Source: Patescibacteria group bacterium
Lineage (GTDB): Bacteria > Patescibacteriota > Microgenomatia > UBA1400 > PJMF01
Direction: 5' to 3'
Length of the DNA: 64,000 nucleotides
Assembly: GCA_049322655.1 (NCBI GenBank)
Contig: JBMORP010000006.1
Span: 128,410-192,409, forward strand
Position 1 is the first letter of the stretch, and every line of letters starts with the position of its first letter. Below the pieces are notes generated by a model that was not told the origin of the DNA, did not search any database, and worked only from the letters and a program-made list of their open reading frames with translations. Shown piece by piece: positions 1-9,705 of the stretch. A program made the translations under genes and the position numbers.

Positions 1-482
1 TTTTGTTTTTCTTTTTTTAGATTTTTGCTTTTATTAATCATCATTGGTGGATAAAGTAACTTTTCCTCTTTTTTATTGATTAGATATGGAGATTTCCCCG
101 TGATGGCCCACATATCATGAAGTGTCCAGACAAGTTTTTTTTCTTTTGAAATTTTAATAATTGTTTCCAATTTAAAATAATTTCCATGGAGATTTTGCAA
201 ATGAACAATCTCAGTTTGTTTATACCAAGGATGATCTAATATTTCTTTTTCTAAGCCAAAAGAAAGATCGTTAGAAAGTAAAAAATTTCTGAGATGTGAA
301 TAATTTGTGTGCCAATTATTAAAAAATCCTTGAACGTAGTTTTTATTAGATTTTTTAGTTCTAACTAACCATTTCACAACATAACCTCTGTTTATTAGTT
401 CATGACCCAAAGCCCAACTTTGCTGAGCGGCTCCACCTATAGTGTCGGCTGTGCCAATGATTAAGATTGAAGGTTTTTTCAT
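1..482 (-). CDS. GT4 glycosyltransferase, WcaC-like (partial; 3' end runs off the window)
   Basis: Not in the ORF track. Manual translation from ATG at 482 (ATGA overlap with the stop at 479-481): MKKPSILIIGTADTIGGAAQQSWALGHEL...IVHLQNLHGNY...LVWTLHDMWAITG. The frame is open to position 1, and GGA plus VWTLHDxW are WcaC-like GT4 motifs. Confidence 0.8.
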   Translation of the reverse strand, partial: MKKPSILIIGTADTIGGAAQQSWALGHELINRGYVVKWLVRTKKSNKNYVQGFFNNWHTNYSHLRNFLLSNDLSFGLEKEILDHPWYKQTEIVHLQNLHGNYFKLETIIKISKEKKLVWTLHDMWAITGKSPYLINKKEEKLLYPPMMINKSKNLKKEKQ

Positions 483-1222
483 TTCTTTTCAGCCATTATA
501 TAAATAAATGGTGAAGTAAATTTACTATTAAAACCAGCTAGTTTAAAAATTTTACCAATTACATAGATACAATAAACTATTAATTTATGAAAAATAGATT
601 TATTGGACAAATCTTCTAGCCAGATACTGAGTCCACCATAATAATTAACTTCGGACTTTTTTGGTTTTAAAGTTTTTACTATTTTTCTCAGGTTTTGAAT
701 GTCCATACTTTTGAGATTATGGATATTTAAATTATTTGGGTCAAAAAATAATTGAACATGACCATTTAGTCCTAATAAATTGGGTAAAATAATCAACATC
801 ACTCCACCTTTGTTGGTTAACTGCCAATGTTTGTTAATTACCTCATCAAAATTATCGAAATGCTCAATAAATCCAGATGAAAAAACCACATCATATTTTT
901 TATTAGTTTTGAATTTAAAGAAATCCTGTTCATAAACAGTCAAATCATTTTTATTTAAACTATTTTTTTTAAGTAAATTAGTAATAATTTTTTTATCAAT
1001 GACAAAATCTAATAAGTAAGATTTGAAGCCAAGGTATTTATTGTAATAAACAGCAAAATATCCAGGAAAACCGCCAATCTCTAAAAAAGTTTTTAAATTT
1101 TTATTTTTGCTGTATTTATTAAATAGATCAGTGAATGGATAATTTTTTTTGATATTAATCACTAAGTTTTTAGTTTTCCAATATTTTAGCCAGAATGATT
1201 TAGTGGTAAGACTGCGGTTCAT
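479..1222 (-). CDS. Class I SAM-dependent methyltransferase
   Basis: Motif I FLEIGGFPG; KYDVVFSSGFIEH; LTNKGG post-II motif. Confidence 0.85.
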   Translation of the reverse strand: MNRSLTTKSFWLKYWKTKNLVINIKKNYPFTDLFNKYSKNKNLKTFLEIGGFPGYFAVYYNKYLGFKSYLLDFVIDKKIITNLLKKNSLNKNDLTVYEQDFFKFKTNKKYDVVFSSGFIEHFDNFDEVINKHWQLTNKGGVMLIILPNLLGLNGHVQLFFDPNNLNIHNLKSMDIQNLRKIVKTLKPKKSEVNYYGGLSIWLEDLSNKSIFHKLIVYCIYVIGKIFKLAGFNSKFTSPFIYIMAEKK

Positions 1223-2118
1223 TGAATATATCTTACCAGAGCACCCAAAATAGTTCTCAACTTTATATATAAGTGTTTTTCTGTAAGAGCATCAAATTGT
1301 TCATTTTGTTTTATTTTACTTGGATGTTTAAGTGGAAAATTAATTTTGTTAGCTTTCAAGGAATTAACATTACTTTTATATTTAGTGTTAGTTGCTTGTT
1401 CACCAAAACCAATGTTTTTAACTAGGTTTTTAGCTGGAATAATGGTTAGTAGATTATGTTTAAAAGAACTGTAAGTCCAACGATATGCCCAAGAGTCAAT
1501 TTTTAATTTACTTACAGCAGTGAAAATCAAATACCAGTAATACTTAACTAATGGAGATGAATAATGGTGATTTTTCCAGACTTGTTGCCAATCAGTCATT
1601 TCATTATCAAATAACTTCCAAGCTCTTTTCCAAGTAGCCCAGCCCCATGAGTGCGGATATTGAGAAAAGTAGTAACTAGCTTGAGGAGTTTTTTTGTTAA
1701 ATAAAAAGTTATCGCCAGTAATGCTGCCAATGTGTTTATTATTTTTGTATTTAATTAGTAATTGTTCAGTAAATACAAAAAATGATGGATTGCTAACACA
1801 ATCATCTTCAAGAATTATGGCTGTTTCTTCTTTTTCAAAGACTTGGTTAAGACCAGAAACAATTCTGTTCCTAAGCCCCATGTTTCTGGAAGCATAAATT
1901 TTAATAACTTTAGCTGGCCAAGTAATATTTTGTTCAACTAGTTTTCTAGTTTCATCTGTGAGCTTTTTCTCTTGATTGTTTTTGGGTCCATCAGCCACTA
2001 AATATATTTTTTTAGGCTTTATCTCCCTGAGTGAAACAAAAGCTTGATCGACATAATCTGGTCTATTATAAAAAATAAAAACAATTGGTATTGAAAACTT
2101 TTTAGTTAATTTTGGCAT
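1219..2118 (-). CDS. GT-A nucleotide-diphospho-sugar transferase ('HlpA-like' family)
   Basis: FYNRP, VADGP, IILEDDC, HSWGWATWKRAW. Start moved to the ATG at 2118. Confidence 0.75.
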   Translation of the reverse strand: MPKLTKKFSIPIVFIFYNRPDYVDQAFVSLREIKPKKIYLVADGPKNNQEKKLTDETRKLVEQNITWPAKVIKIYASRNMGLRNRIVSGLNQVFEKEETAIILEDDCVSNPSFFVFTEQLLIKYKNNKHIGSITGDNFLFNKKTPQASYYFSQYPHSWGWATWKRAWKLFDNEMTDWQQVWKNHHYSSPLVKYYWYLIFTAVSKLKIDSWAYRWTYSSFKHNLLTIIPAKNLVKNIGFGEQATNTKYKSNVNSLKANKINFPLKHPSKIKQNEQFDALTEKHLYIKLRTILGALVRYIQ

Positions 2119-2944
2119 AAGTTTTTCCCATGGCAAAACTAACTAATAAAATTAGAGAAATAATTTTTTGAGCAAGATTTTGCTTAGTCGTTGGCTTTTT
2201 GATTGGTGATTTATTCGCAAATAATTTTGGATATTTATTTTGAATAAAAAAAGTTGATTGGCCTCTTCTAAAAGCATCTTGAATCAGCCAAATTAAATTA
2301 ATCTTTTTATCAGCTAAAAAATGACTAACTTTAATTTTTGGATCGTAATAAATGGGAATACCAGCTAAAGATAATCTAATTAGTAAATCTGTTTCTTCAC
2401 CATATGAAACTTTGTTACCGATCATACCCAATTTATTATTAAAACCGTTAATATCTTTTAGTAAAGATTTTTTAAAAATCATACTAGTTCCACTGAGCCA
2501 TTCAGAACCAATAATAAGTTTTTTTACAGTTTTACCATTGTTCATCGTTCCGTAACTCTCTGGGAACCAAAAAGGGATTTTTTTGTTACTATGCCTGGAA
2601 TATGAGCCTCCAAAAGCCTCTATTTTCGGTTCTTTTTTAATAAAATTAAGGATTGATCCAACAAAATTTGAGTCAGCAATTGAGTCATCATCTATATAGG
2701 CAACATATTTACCATTAGCTTTTTTCCAGCCAGTGTTTCTAGCAAATGATAGGCCAGTATTCTTTTCAAACAGATAGATTGTATTTTTAAAGTTACTAAC
2801 TATATTTTTGGCTGTTTTTTGTGGGTAATTATCAACCACGATTAATTCAGTATCTTTGGTTAATTGTTGGTGCAATGAAGCTAAGCACTTTTTTAGCAGT
2901 TGCGGCCGATTGTGAGTAGCGACGATGATTGAAAGGGTGATCAT
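2102..2944 (-). CDS. GT2 glycosyltransferase
   Basis: SIIVATHNR, IVVDN, GLSFARNTG, AYIDDD, GEETDL. Confidence 0.9.
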   Translation of the reverse strand: MITLSIIVATHNRPQLLKKCLASLHQQLTKDTELIVVDNYPQKTAKNIVSNFKNTIYLFEKNTGLSFARNTGWKKANGKYVAYIDDDSIADSNFVGSILNFIKKEPKIEAFGGSYSRHSNKKIPFWFPESYGTMNNGKTVKKLIIGSEWLSGTSMIFKKSLLKDINGFNNKLGMIGNKVSYGEETDLLIRLSLAGIPIYYDPKIKVSHFLADKKINLIWLIQDAFRRGQSTFFIQNKYPKLFANKSPIKKPTTKQNLAQKIISLILLVSFAMGKTYAKIN

Positions 2945-3936
2945 TTTTTAAAAAATTTAGTTGTTAGTAAAAAGCAGATAGATAATAAAGTGAGGTCAAA
3001 GTGAATTATAGCTAATACTAAAATTAGTGGATTATTTTTATAATTCAAAGCTAACATTCCAGCCCAACGTTCTCCAATAATCTTAGTTAGTGATTTCTGT
3101 TCAAAGTATTTTGTTTTTAAATTCTGGAGCAAAATTAGTCTTAACCAGGTTGCTATCTCAGCAAATTCTTTAAAAGAAACATCTTTAGACCAACTGCTAA
3201 GTTTCTGGTGAATATTTTTGTATTCTTTATTTGGCTTAATACCTAGTTTATGTAGTTGGTATTTTCTAATTTTCCATGAACTTTCTTGTTGCTCATGACC
3301 ACTTTTTATAGGAGTTTGTTCTGAGTGAGTCCGGTAGTGAAGTAATATCTCAGGATAGTTCGTTATTTTTATTTTTTCTGCTGATTTAACCCATAAAGCA
3401 AAGTCTTCTGCATATTTATACTTAGGATCATAAGATAAATTATTAGTTACTAAATCTTTTTTTCTGATTATCACTGATGGGTGAGCTAGACATGATTCAA
3501 ACAGCATTCTGGCTCTAATTAGATTAGGATTAGTAATAGTTTCCCAAACATAGTTTTTATTACCAAAATTTTTAATCCATGAACCTAAGATAGCAATATC
3601 TTTATTTTTTTCTAAAAATTTCACTTGTTTAACAAATCTAGTTTTAACCGAGATATCATCAGCATCCATTCTAGCAATGTATTTACCACTAGCTTCTTTA
3701 AAACCCTCGTTAAGAGAATAGATTAGACCTTTATTGATTTTATGCTTGATGACTTTGATTCTTGAATCTTGATATTGGTTAATAATCTTTAAAGAATTAT
3801 CTGTGGAACCATCATCAACAATAATAAATTCAAAGTTTTCAAAAGTTTGGTCTAAAATGCTTTCAATAGCTTCTGAAAGATATTTTTCAGAGTTATAGAC
3901 AGGCATTACTACGCTAAGTAGTAAGTTTTTTTTCAT
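2941..3936 (-). CDS. GT2 glycosyltransferase
   Basis: SVVMPVYN, IIVDDGSTD, ARMDADD, HPSV, AEDFALW. Confidence 0.9.
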   Translation of the reverse strand: MKKNLLLSVVMPVYNSEKYLSEAIESILDQTFENFEFIIVDDGSTDNSLKIINQYQDSRIKVIKHKINKGLIYSLNEGFKEASGKYIARMDADDISVKTRFVKQVKFLEKNKDIAILGSWIKNFGNKNYVWETITNPNLIRARMLFESCLAHPSVIIRKKDLVTNNLSYDPKYKYAEDFALWVKSAEKIKITNYPEILLHYRTHSEQTPIKSGHEQQESSWKIRKYQLHKLGIKPNKEYKNIHQKLSSWSKDVSFKEFAEIATWLRLILLQNLKTKYFEQKSLTKIIGERWAGMLALNYKNNPLILVLAIIHFDLTLLSICFLLTTKFFKK

Positions 3937-4826
3937 GATCTAATTTTTATCCAATTATTAGGAATTATATCAGTGGTATTTGAGTTTTTATTTTTAAACC
4001 AAGGATCGGGGGCAACAACAATTTTATTTTTGTTTTGGTTCAACCAGGCTCCCCACCAGCTGAAAGAACTATTAGCAATAATATTGTGTTTACATAAACT
4101 CATTAGTCTCATGTCTTCAAAACTTTGTTTACCTTTGTTGTGGTCAACAAAAAGACTATTCTTAGGAACTGGTAGATTATCTTTACACCATTGTGGATCA
4201 TCAGAAAAAACCACAAATAAAGGCTTAGTTATTTTTTTAGCCAATAAATTAATTGCTTGTTTATAGTATGTTAAGGGAACTACCCCATGATAAGCATTCG
4301 TTAGTTTATTTGAGACATAGTCTCCCCGTCTAACGTGTAATGATATCGCTTGGTTTTTAATTATTTCTTTTATTATTTCTCTATTCTTTTTTGAAGTTTT
4401 TTTAGGAAAAGTAAAGTCTTCTAAAATTAGATTTCGATATTTTTTAAAGTACTTTTCTGTTTGCCAGTATCCATCTAATAAGTAATCACCTCTTAATCTG
4501 AGGATATTTGAATAAAAGTTGTGCCCATTCTCTTTGATCCAATTTGGTGGATAAGCATGCAACTTTAATTTTAAGTAATGGTTCAATAAAAGTTTGAGCT
4601 TATTTGGTTTTGTAAACTTTTCTAATAAATGTTTGTTTGCTGGGGTGGCTTTTATATTGTTGAAGGTATGAAGTTCATAGCTTCTAGGTGTATCAACTTC
4701 TTGCTGGTTGTCATACAGAGAGAGATCTAGAAAATAATCTGTTTTATTTAAGTAGCTAACTACTCTACCAACAGCATATTGAAACATTTGGTTACCAAGT
4801 CCTCCATTAAGGCGTGAAATTATCAT
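3933..4826 (-). CDS. GT11 alpha-1,2-fucosyltransferase
   Basis: GGLGNQMFQYA, DGYWQ, HVRRGDY, FSDD, NSSFSWWGAWL are the GT11 signature motifs. Confidence 0.92.
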   Translation of the reverse strand: MIISRLNGGLGNQMFQYAVGRVVSYLNKTDYFLDLSLYDNQQEVDTPRSYELHTFNNIKATPANKHLLEKFTKPNKLKLLLNHYLKLKLHAYPPNWIKENGHNFYSNILRLRGDYLLDGYWQTEKYFKKYRNLILEDFTFPKKTSKKNREIIKEIIKNQAISLHVRRGDYVSNKLTNAYHGVVPLTYYKQAINLLAKKITKPLFVVFSDDPQWCKDNLPVPKNSLFVDHNKGKQSFEDMRLMSLCKHNIIANSSFSWWGAWLNQNKNKIVVAPDPWFKNKNSNTTDIIPNNWIKIRS

Positions 4827-5743
4827 TTTGTTAGTTTTCTGTAATTAATAGCTATTAAGTTATAAATTAGATAAAAAAATAGTAAATAGTATTTAGTGGT
4901 TAATTTTTTAGTTAAGTTAGGACCAAGTTCTTTTTTAACTAGATTCAAGATTTTAAAATTAGGAAATTCAATAATTAGTTGCTGGGCGACAATATTTAAA
5001 TAATATTTTAAAAATGAATTATTATCCAAAAGAGATTGGTACTTTTTTGCTAAACCTGTTATACCAAAAATAATTCTTTTTTTATCAGAGGACATATTGT
5101 TATTGTGTCTTCTAATTAAAACTAATGGCTCTTTTACTAGATCAACTAAGTATTTTTGACTAATTCTAAGCCACATTTCCCAGTCTTCAGCAGCAACAAG
5201 ATTTTCATCAAAGAGTCCAACTTGATCAAAACATTCTCTTCTTATTAAAACCCCACTACCACTAGCAGAAATTTTATTTCCTGAAGCTAATTCGGAATGA
5301 ATACGGCCTTTTAGGGTTTTAATTGTTTTAAAACTAGGATAATTAATTAATTTTTTTCCGTTTTGATCAATGTCTTCATAATCACAATATACTAAACCTA
5401 ATTGTTTGTTATTTTGTTTGTTAAATATGGCAAATTGTTTTTCTAATTTTTTACCCAGCCAAAGATCATCTGAATCTAAAAAAGCAATATATTCTCCTGT
5501 TGCTTTTTTAATACCAGTATTTCTAGAAGCGCTCAACCCTTTATTATTTTGATAAATATATTTAATTATTGGATATTTTTTACTAAATTCAGACACTATT
5601 TTTCGAGTTTGGTCAGTAGAACCATCATCAACAATAATAATTTCTTTTGGTGGCAATGACTGATTGAGAACAGAATCAATGCATTCACCGATGAAATCAG
5701 CATTGTTGAAAGTTGGAATAATAACACTTATTTTATTTTTCAT
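4823..5743 (-). CDS. GT2 glycosyltransferase
   Basis: SVIIPTFN, VDDGSTD, FLDSDD, AEDWEMWLR. Confidence 0.9.
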   Translation of the reverse strand: MKNKISVIIPTFNNADFIGECIDSVLNQSLPPKEIIIVDDGSTDQTRKIVSEFSKKYPIIKYIYQNNKGLSASRNTGIKKATGEYIAFLDSDDLWLGKKLEKQFAIFNKQNNKQLGLVYCDYEDIDQNGKKLINYPSFKTIKTLKGRIHSELASGNKISASGSGVLIRRECFDQVGLFDENLVAAEDWEMWLRISQKYLVDLVKEPLVLIRRHNNNMSSDKKRIIFGITGLAKKYQSLLDNNSFLKYYLNIVAQQLIIEFPNFKILNLVKKELGPNLTKKLTTKYYLLFFYLIYNLIAINYRKLTK

Positions 5744-6914
5744 TAACTAACTTTTTATAAAGAGATTCATATTTTTTACTTATTATTTTCCAATCGTATT
5801 TTGCTTTATTTTTACTAAATTCTTTTATTGAATTTCTTTTATCTGTTGGTAAGTTTTTAATAATTTTGTTAAGTTGAAAGGCAGCTGGTAATACTTTTAG
5901 TTTTGTTAATCCCTTTTTAATTTTTTGGGAAGCTAAAACATGTCCCAAGCCAGATTTTTTAACTAGAATTTTGATATTTCCAACATCTGTAGCAGCGAAT
6001 GGTAGTTTTGCCGCAATTGCCTCATAGATTACCAGTGGAGCACATTCTACATTGGATGGGAAAAAGAACAAATCAGCTTCAGAAAAAAGCGATATTGTTT
6101 CCTCTCTAGTGAGCTCTTTGACAAAAAGTTGTTTATGATCAATTTTTCTTAAAATAGAGTTATTAAATTTTTTCTCTGAATTTATACATTTTTTACTACA
6201 ATTTGAGGATTCGTTTTTAGCTACAATAATTAAAGACACTCTCTTGTGGGGCAATATGTTCAAAGTATTAATAGCTTCTCTATGTCCTTTCGCACCAGAA
6301 TGAGATCCTACTAATAAAAGAGTAAGATTACCTTTTCTGATACCAATTTTTTCTTTTATATTTAAACTTTTATTATTAAACTTAGCAAAATCAGCAGCAT
6401 TATTGATTTCAATTAAATTTTTAAGACCATGATTTTTAGCAAAAACATAATCTTGATAGTTTTTTGCCGGAAAAACTAAGGCATCATAGTTAGCCAACCA
6501 AGTTGGCATTTTAGTAAAGTAATCTTTATACTCCTTAATGTTTAATCCGGAGAAACCACAGGGAACAAAAATCTTTTTAGCTTTAATCTGAGTTAATTTA
6601 TCTATAATTGAATCGGTAGCCCATTGCTGAGCAGCATAGTTCATAACTACATCAAATTTAGAATTAACAACAAAATCAATATATTTTTTAACTTCTCCAT
6701 GTAAACCAAATGCTCTATTTCCAGAAATTTTAAATTCTTTTATTTTTACTCCGTTTAAAATTTTAAACTTTCTATCAGATAACTGTGTAGTAGCAACAGT
6801 AACATCATGTCCAATTTTAACTAAATGTTCACTGATTTGCTTAACAACTTCTTGAGCTCCTCCAACTGATGGGTCATAAAATTCTACTGTATGGAGTATT
6901 TTCATTTTTTTCAT
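5733..6914 (-). CDS. GT4 glycosyltransferase
   Basis: YDPSVGGAQEV at the N-terminus; FFFPSNVECAPLVIYEA (EX7E motif); ATDVG. Confidence 0.85.
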   Translation of the reverse strand: MKKMKILHTVEFYDPSVGGAQEVVKQISEHLVKIGHDVTVATTQLSDRKFKILNGVKIKEFKISGNRAFGLHGEVKKYIDFVVNSKFDVVMNYAAQQWATDSIIDKLTQIKAKKIFVPCGFSGLNIKEYKDYFTKMPTWLANYDALVFPAKNYQDYVFAKNHGLKNLIEINNAADFAKFNNKSLNIKEKIGIRKGNLTLLLVGSHSGAKGHREAINTLNILPHKRVSLIIVAKNESSNCSKKCINSEKKFNNSILRKIDHKQLFVKELTREETISLFSEADLFFFPSNVECAPLVIYEAIAAKLPFAATDVGNIKILVKKSGLGHVLASQKIKKGLTKLKVLPAAFQLNKIIKNLPTDKRNSIKEFSKNKAKYDWKIISKKYESLYKKLVNEK

Positions 6915-7672
6915 AATAATTTAAGTCCATTAATTAGAATGATAATTAAATTTTTTAAATATAATTTTTTTAGATTAAATAAAAATATTGAAATAAATAA
7001 ATTTAATTTTACTTTTTGTTGAGATAATGAATTATTTCTAATACTGTTACTAGGATCATCTCGATAAATAATTAGTGGTTGTGGCAGATAAACCATTTTT
7101 AAACCTAATGAAGCGATCTTTAACCATAAATCATAATCTTCGGTGGCTCTTAGATTTTTATTTTCATTAAATCTTAAATTTTTTATAATTTTTGTTTTTA
7201 CTAAAACTGAACTATTTATAACGACATTATTTTTTAAAAGATTATTTAAATTTAATTGATAAGTTTGACTAGTTGGAAAATATGTTTTGTTGGTTTTTAA
7301 AACTTGAGCATTAGTAGAAATAAAGTCGGCATTTTTAGTTTTAAGAGTGGCTAATTGAATTTTTAATTTATTTTTAAGCCATTGATCATCATCATCTAAA
7401 AAACTTACCAATGATCCGGTAGCTAATTTTAGTCCATGATTTCTTGTCACAGCTGGTAAGCCAGTGTGTTTATTTTTTAGATAAATAATTCTTTGATCTT
7501 TTTTTTGCAAACCTTTTACCAGATTCTCAGTTTCAATTTCAGAACCATCATCAGAAACAATTATTTCTAGGTGTTTATAGGTTTGAGTTTGAACACTAGA
7601 AATCGCCTTTTTTAAAAATTGAGGTCGATTATAGGTTGGAATAATGACTGAAATTTTTTCTATTTTGCCCAT
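6911..7672 (-). CDS. GT2 glycosyltransferase
   Basis: SVIIPTYNR, SDDGS, FLDDDD, EDYDLWL. Confidence 0.9.
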   Translation of the reverse strand: MGKIEKISVIIPTYNRPQFLKKAISSVQTQTYKHLEIIVSDDGSEIETENLVKGLQKKDQRIIYLKNKHTGLPAVTRNHGLKLATGSLVSFLDDDDQWLKNKLKIQLATLKTKNADFISTNAQVLKTNKTYFPTSQTYQLNLNNLLKNNVVINSSVLVKTKIIKNLRFNENKNLRATEDYDLWLKIASLGLKMVYLPQPLIIYRDDPSNSIRNNSLSQQKVKLNLFISIFLFNLKKLYLKNLIIILINGLKLL

Positions 7673-8310
7673 GTTTGATTAAGCTGCTTTTTAAAGTCTT
7701 TTAGCCAAGTTTTTAAAAGTCTTACTTCTGTCGGTGAATTATCAACAAGATATGTCTCAAGATATTTAGTAGCTATTTTGATTGCGGTAGTTTTCGTAAT
7801 TTTGTTATTGTTTTTTTGAGCAATTATTTCTACGTTACAAGTATCTTTATATTTAGTTTCATTTATTTTTAAAACGTCAAAACCACAATCATTAAATAGT
7901 TCTTTTAGATTATTTTTTGAGTACCCGTCAAAGTGAATCGCCCAAAATTGCTCTTGTGAGCCAAAAATGTGCCTAAGTGCTACGTTTTTTTGTCTTAATT
8001 TTGAAAATGGGCTTAAAACAACTTTTGCACACCTATTAAAATCAGGAACTTCAACTCTAACTATACCATCTTTAGTTAGCCAGGATCTCCATGATAGAAG
8101 CAAAGCAATAGCTTGTGCTCTGGAGAAATGTTCAAAAACATGATGAAGTCTGACTTCATTAATTGAATCATTTTTAAATTTTAATTTAGTAATATCTGCG
8201 TATTTATCTGCTACAGATTTAGTTTGGACAGTATGATTTTTACTAGGAAAATCAATATTTATATAACCATCGAAGTAAATTTCTCCACAGCCTAAATGTA
8301 ATTTAGTCAT
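7660..8310 (-). CDS. SAM-dependent methyltransferase (type 11-like)
   Basis: KLHLGCG motif I; HHVFEH; GIVRVEVPD. Confidence 0.85.
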   Translation of the reverse strand: MTKLHLGCGEIYFDGYINIDFPSKNHTVQTKSVADKYADITKLKFKNDSINEVRLHHVFEHFSRAQAIALLLSWRSWLTKDGIVRVEVPDFNRCAKVVLSPFSKLRQKNVALRHIFGSQEQFWAIHFDGYSKNNLKELFNDCGFDVLKINETKYKDTCNVEIIAQKNNNKITKTTAIKIATKYLETYLVDNSPTEVRLLKTWLKDFKKQLNQTWAK

Positions 8311-9698
8311 ATTTTTATTTTTTCTAAAAAACTACTTATAAATTTGGGTTTTTTTGATTTTTCAATTTCATTAAACCATTTGTCAACTTTTTTTATATTT
8401 AAAATATTAGAAATAATTTTTTTATCTAGTTTATCTAAGTGAGGTAAAATAATGGTTATAGCCAGAAGTGACAAGTTGTTTTTTTTAGATTCTCTATTCC
8501 AATATGAGCTAGTTGAAACTCGATGAAAATAAAATGAATCTTTCAAAACATAAATTTTAAAATTTGAAGCTATTTGTCTAAAACCAAATCCCCAAGTATC
8601 TAGTGCTTGCACATCTTCTGGATATCTACCAGCTTTTAACCAACTATTTTTGGTATATAAATAATTTCCACTAGCTGATGGGTGTCTATAAGTAACGAAG
8701 AAATCATTTAAACCATAAGATTCTTTATTAAATTTCCATGAGTGAGTAATGTTATTTTTATTTTTTTGAAAAAATTTTAATTCAGCAAAAGAAATGGCTT
8801 CTCGATAATTATTGATTAATGATTTCTTTAATTTTTCTATGGATTTATTTGTCAAAATATTATCTGAATCTAAACAAAAAATAAGTGGATTTTTGGCATT
8901 TTCTACAGCGGTGTTTCTAGCTGCCCCACCACCCTTATTTATTTTATGTCTAAAAACTTTTAGATCTTTATTTTTCTTCTTTAAATTAGTGGCTAATTCT
9001 AGAGTTTTATCAGTTGACATATCATCAACAATGATGACCTCATCTCCATCTTCAAAGTTAGTAGAGTAAATGGAATTAACTGTTTCAACCAATGTATCTG
9101 CACAGTTAAATGCTGGAATAATAAAGCTAATATTTATTTTTTTCTTTTCTACCCACCAAACTCCACTTGGATAGTAATTTATTTTCCAATTAAACCTATT
9201 AAAAAATTCATCTACAGCTCTTTTTACACCAGTAAAATTAGGGTGATTGTAATCATGACCAGCTATTATGCCACCGACTTTTATTTTGTTAAACCAAAGA
9301 ACAATGTCATTCTTAACTCCATCATACGAATGGTCAGCATCGATATATATAAAATCAAGTTTATCTATTTTATTGACAGCCTTTGCAGAAGTTAATCTTA
9401 ATAATTTACTTCTGTTTTTAAATTTAGCTAATCTTTCTTTAGTAAATTTATAAAGTTGGTCAAATTTCTTTTGCGAAATATTCATCGGATCATCATATGA
9501 TTCAAAATTTTTATATGGATCAATTGAAAATAAAAAAGCTTTAGTTTTTTCTAAAATTTTTTCAGAGTGTCCACCATAGGCAACTCCAACTTCAGCTCCA
9601 ACTTTAAGTTGCTTTTTATTCACTACTTTCCAAAGAACATCATATGATTTGGACCACTCTTTTTCAGCTATTTGGCTTTTTTCTTTAATTGTTTGCAT
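8307..9698 (-). CDS. Fusion: N-terminal methyltransferase (Methyltransf_24-like) + C-terminal GT2
   Basis: GAEVGVAYG, DFIYIDADHSY, GGIIAGHDY; then SFIIPAFN, VDDMSTD, GGAARN, CLDSDN. Confidence 0.88.
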   Translation of the reverse strand: MQTIKEKSQIAEKEWSKSYDVLWKVVNKKQLKVGAEVGVAYGGHSEKILEKTKAFLFSIDPYKNFESYDDPMNISQKKFDQLYKFTKERLAKFKNRSKLLRLTSAKAVNKIDKLDFIYIDADHSYDGVKNDIVLWFNKIKVGGIIAGHDYNHPNFTGVKRAVDEFFNRFNWKINYYPSGVWWVEKKKINISFIIPAFNCADTLVETVNSIYSTNFEDGDEVIIVDDMSTDKTLELATNLKKKNKDLKVFRHKINKGGGAARNTAVENAKNPLIFCLDSDNILTNKSIEKLKKSLINNYREAISFAELKFFQKNKNNITHSWKFNKESYGLNDFFVTYRHPSASGNYLYTKNSWLKAGRYPEDVQALDTWGFGFRQIASNFKIYVLKDSFYFHRVSTSSYWNRESKKNNLSLLAITIILPHLDKLDKKIISNILNIKKVDKWFNEIEKSKKPKFISSFLEKIKI

Positions 9699-9705
9699 AA
9701 AATTG

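Noticed and set aside
1219-2118. Hemolysin ('hemolytic protein HlpA') function
   Set aside because: The family label is historical; the EDD motif and context indicate a GT-A glycosyltransferase.
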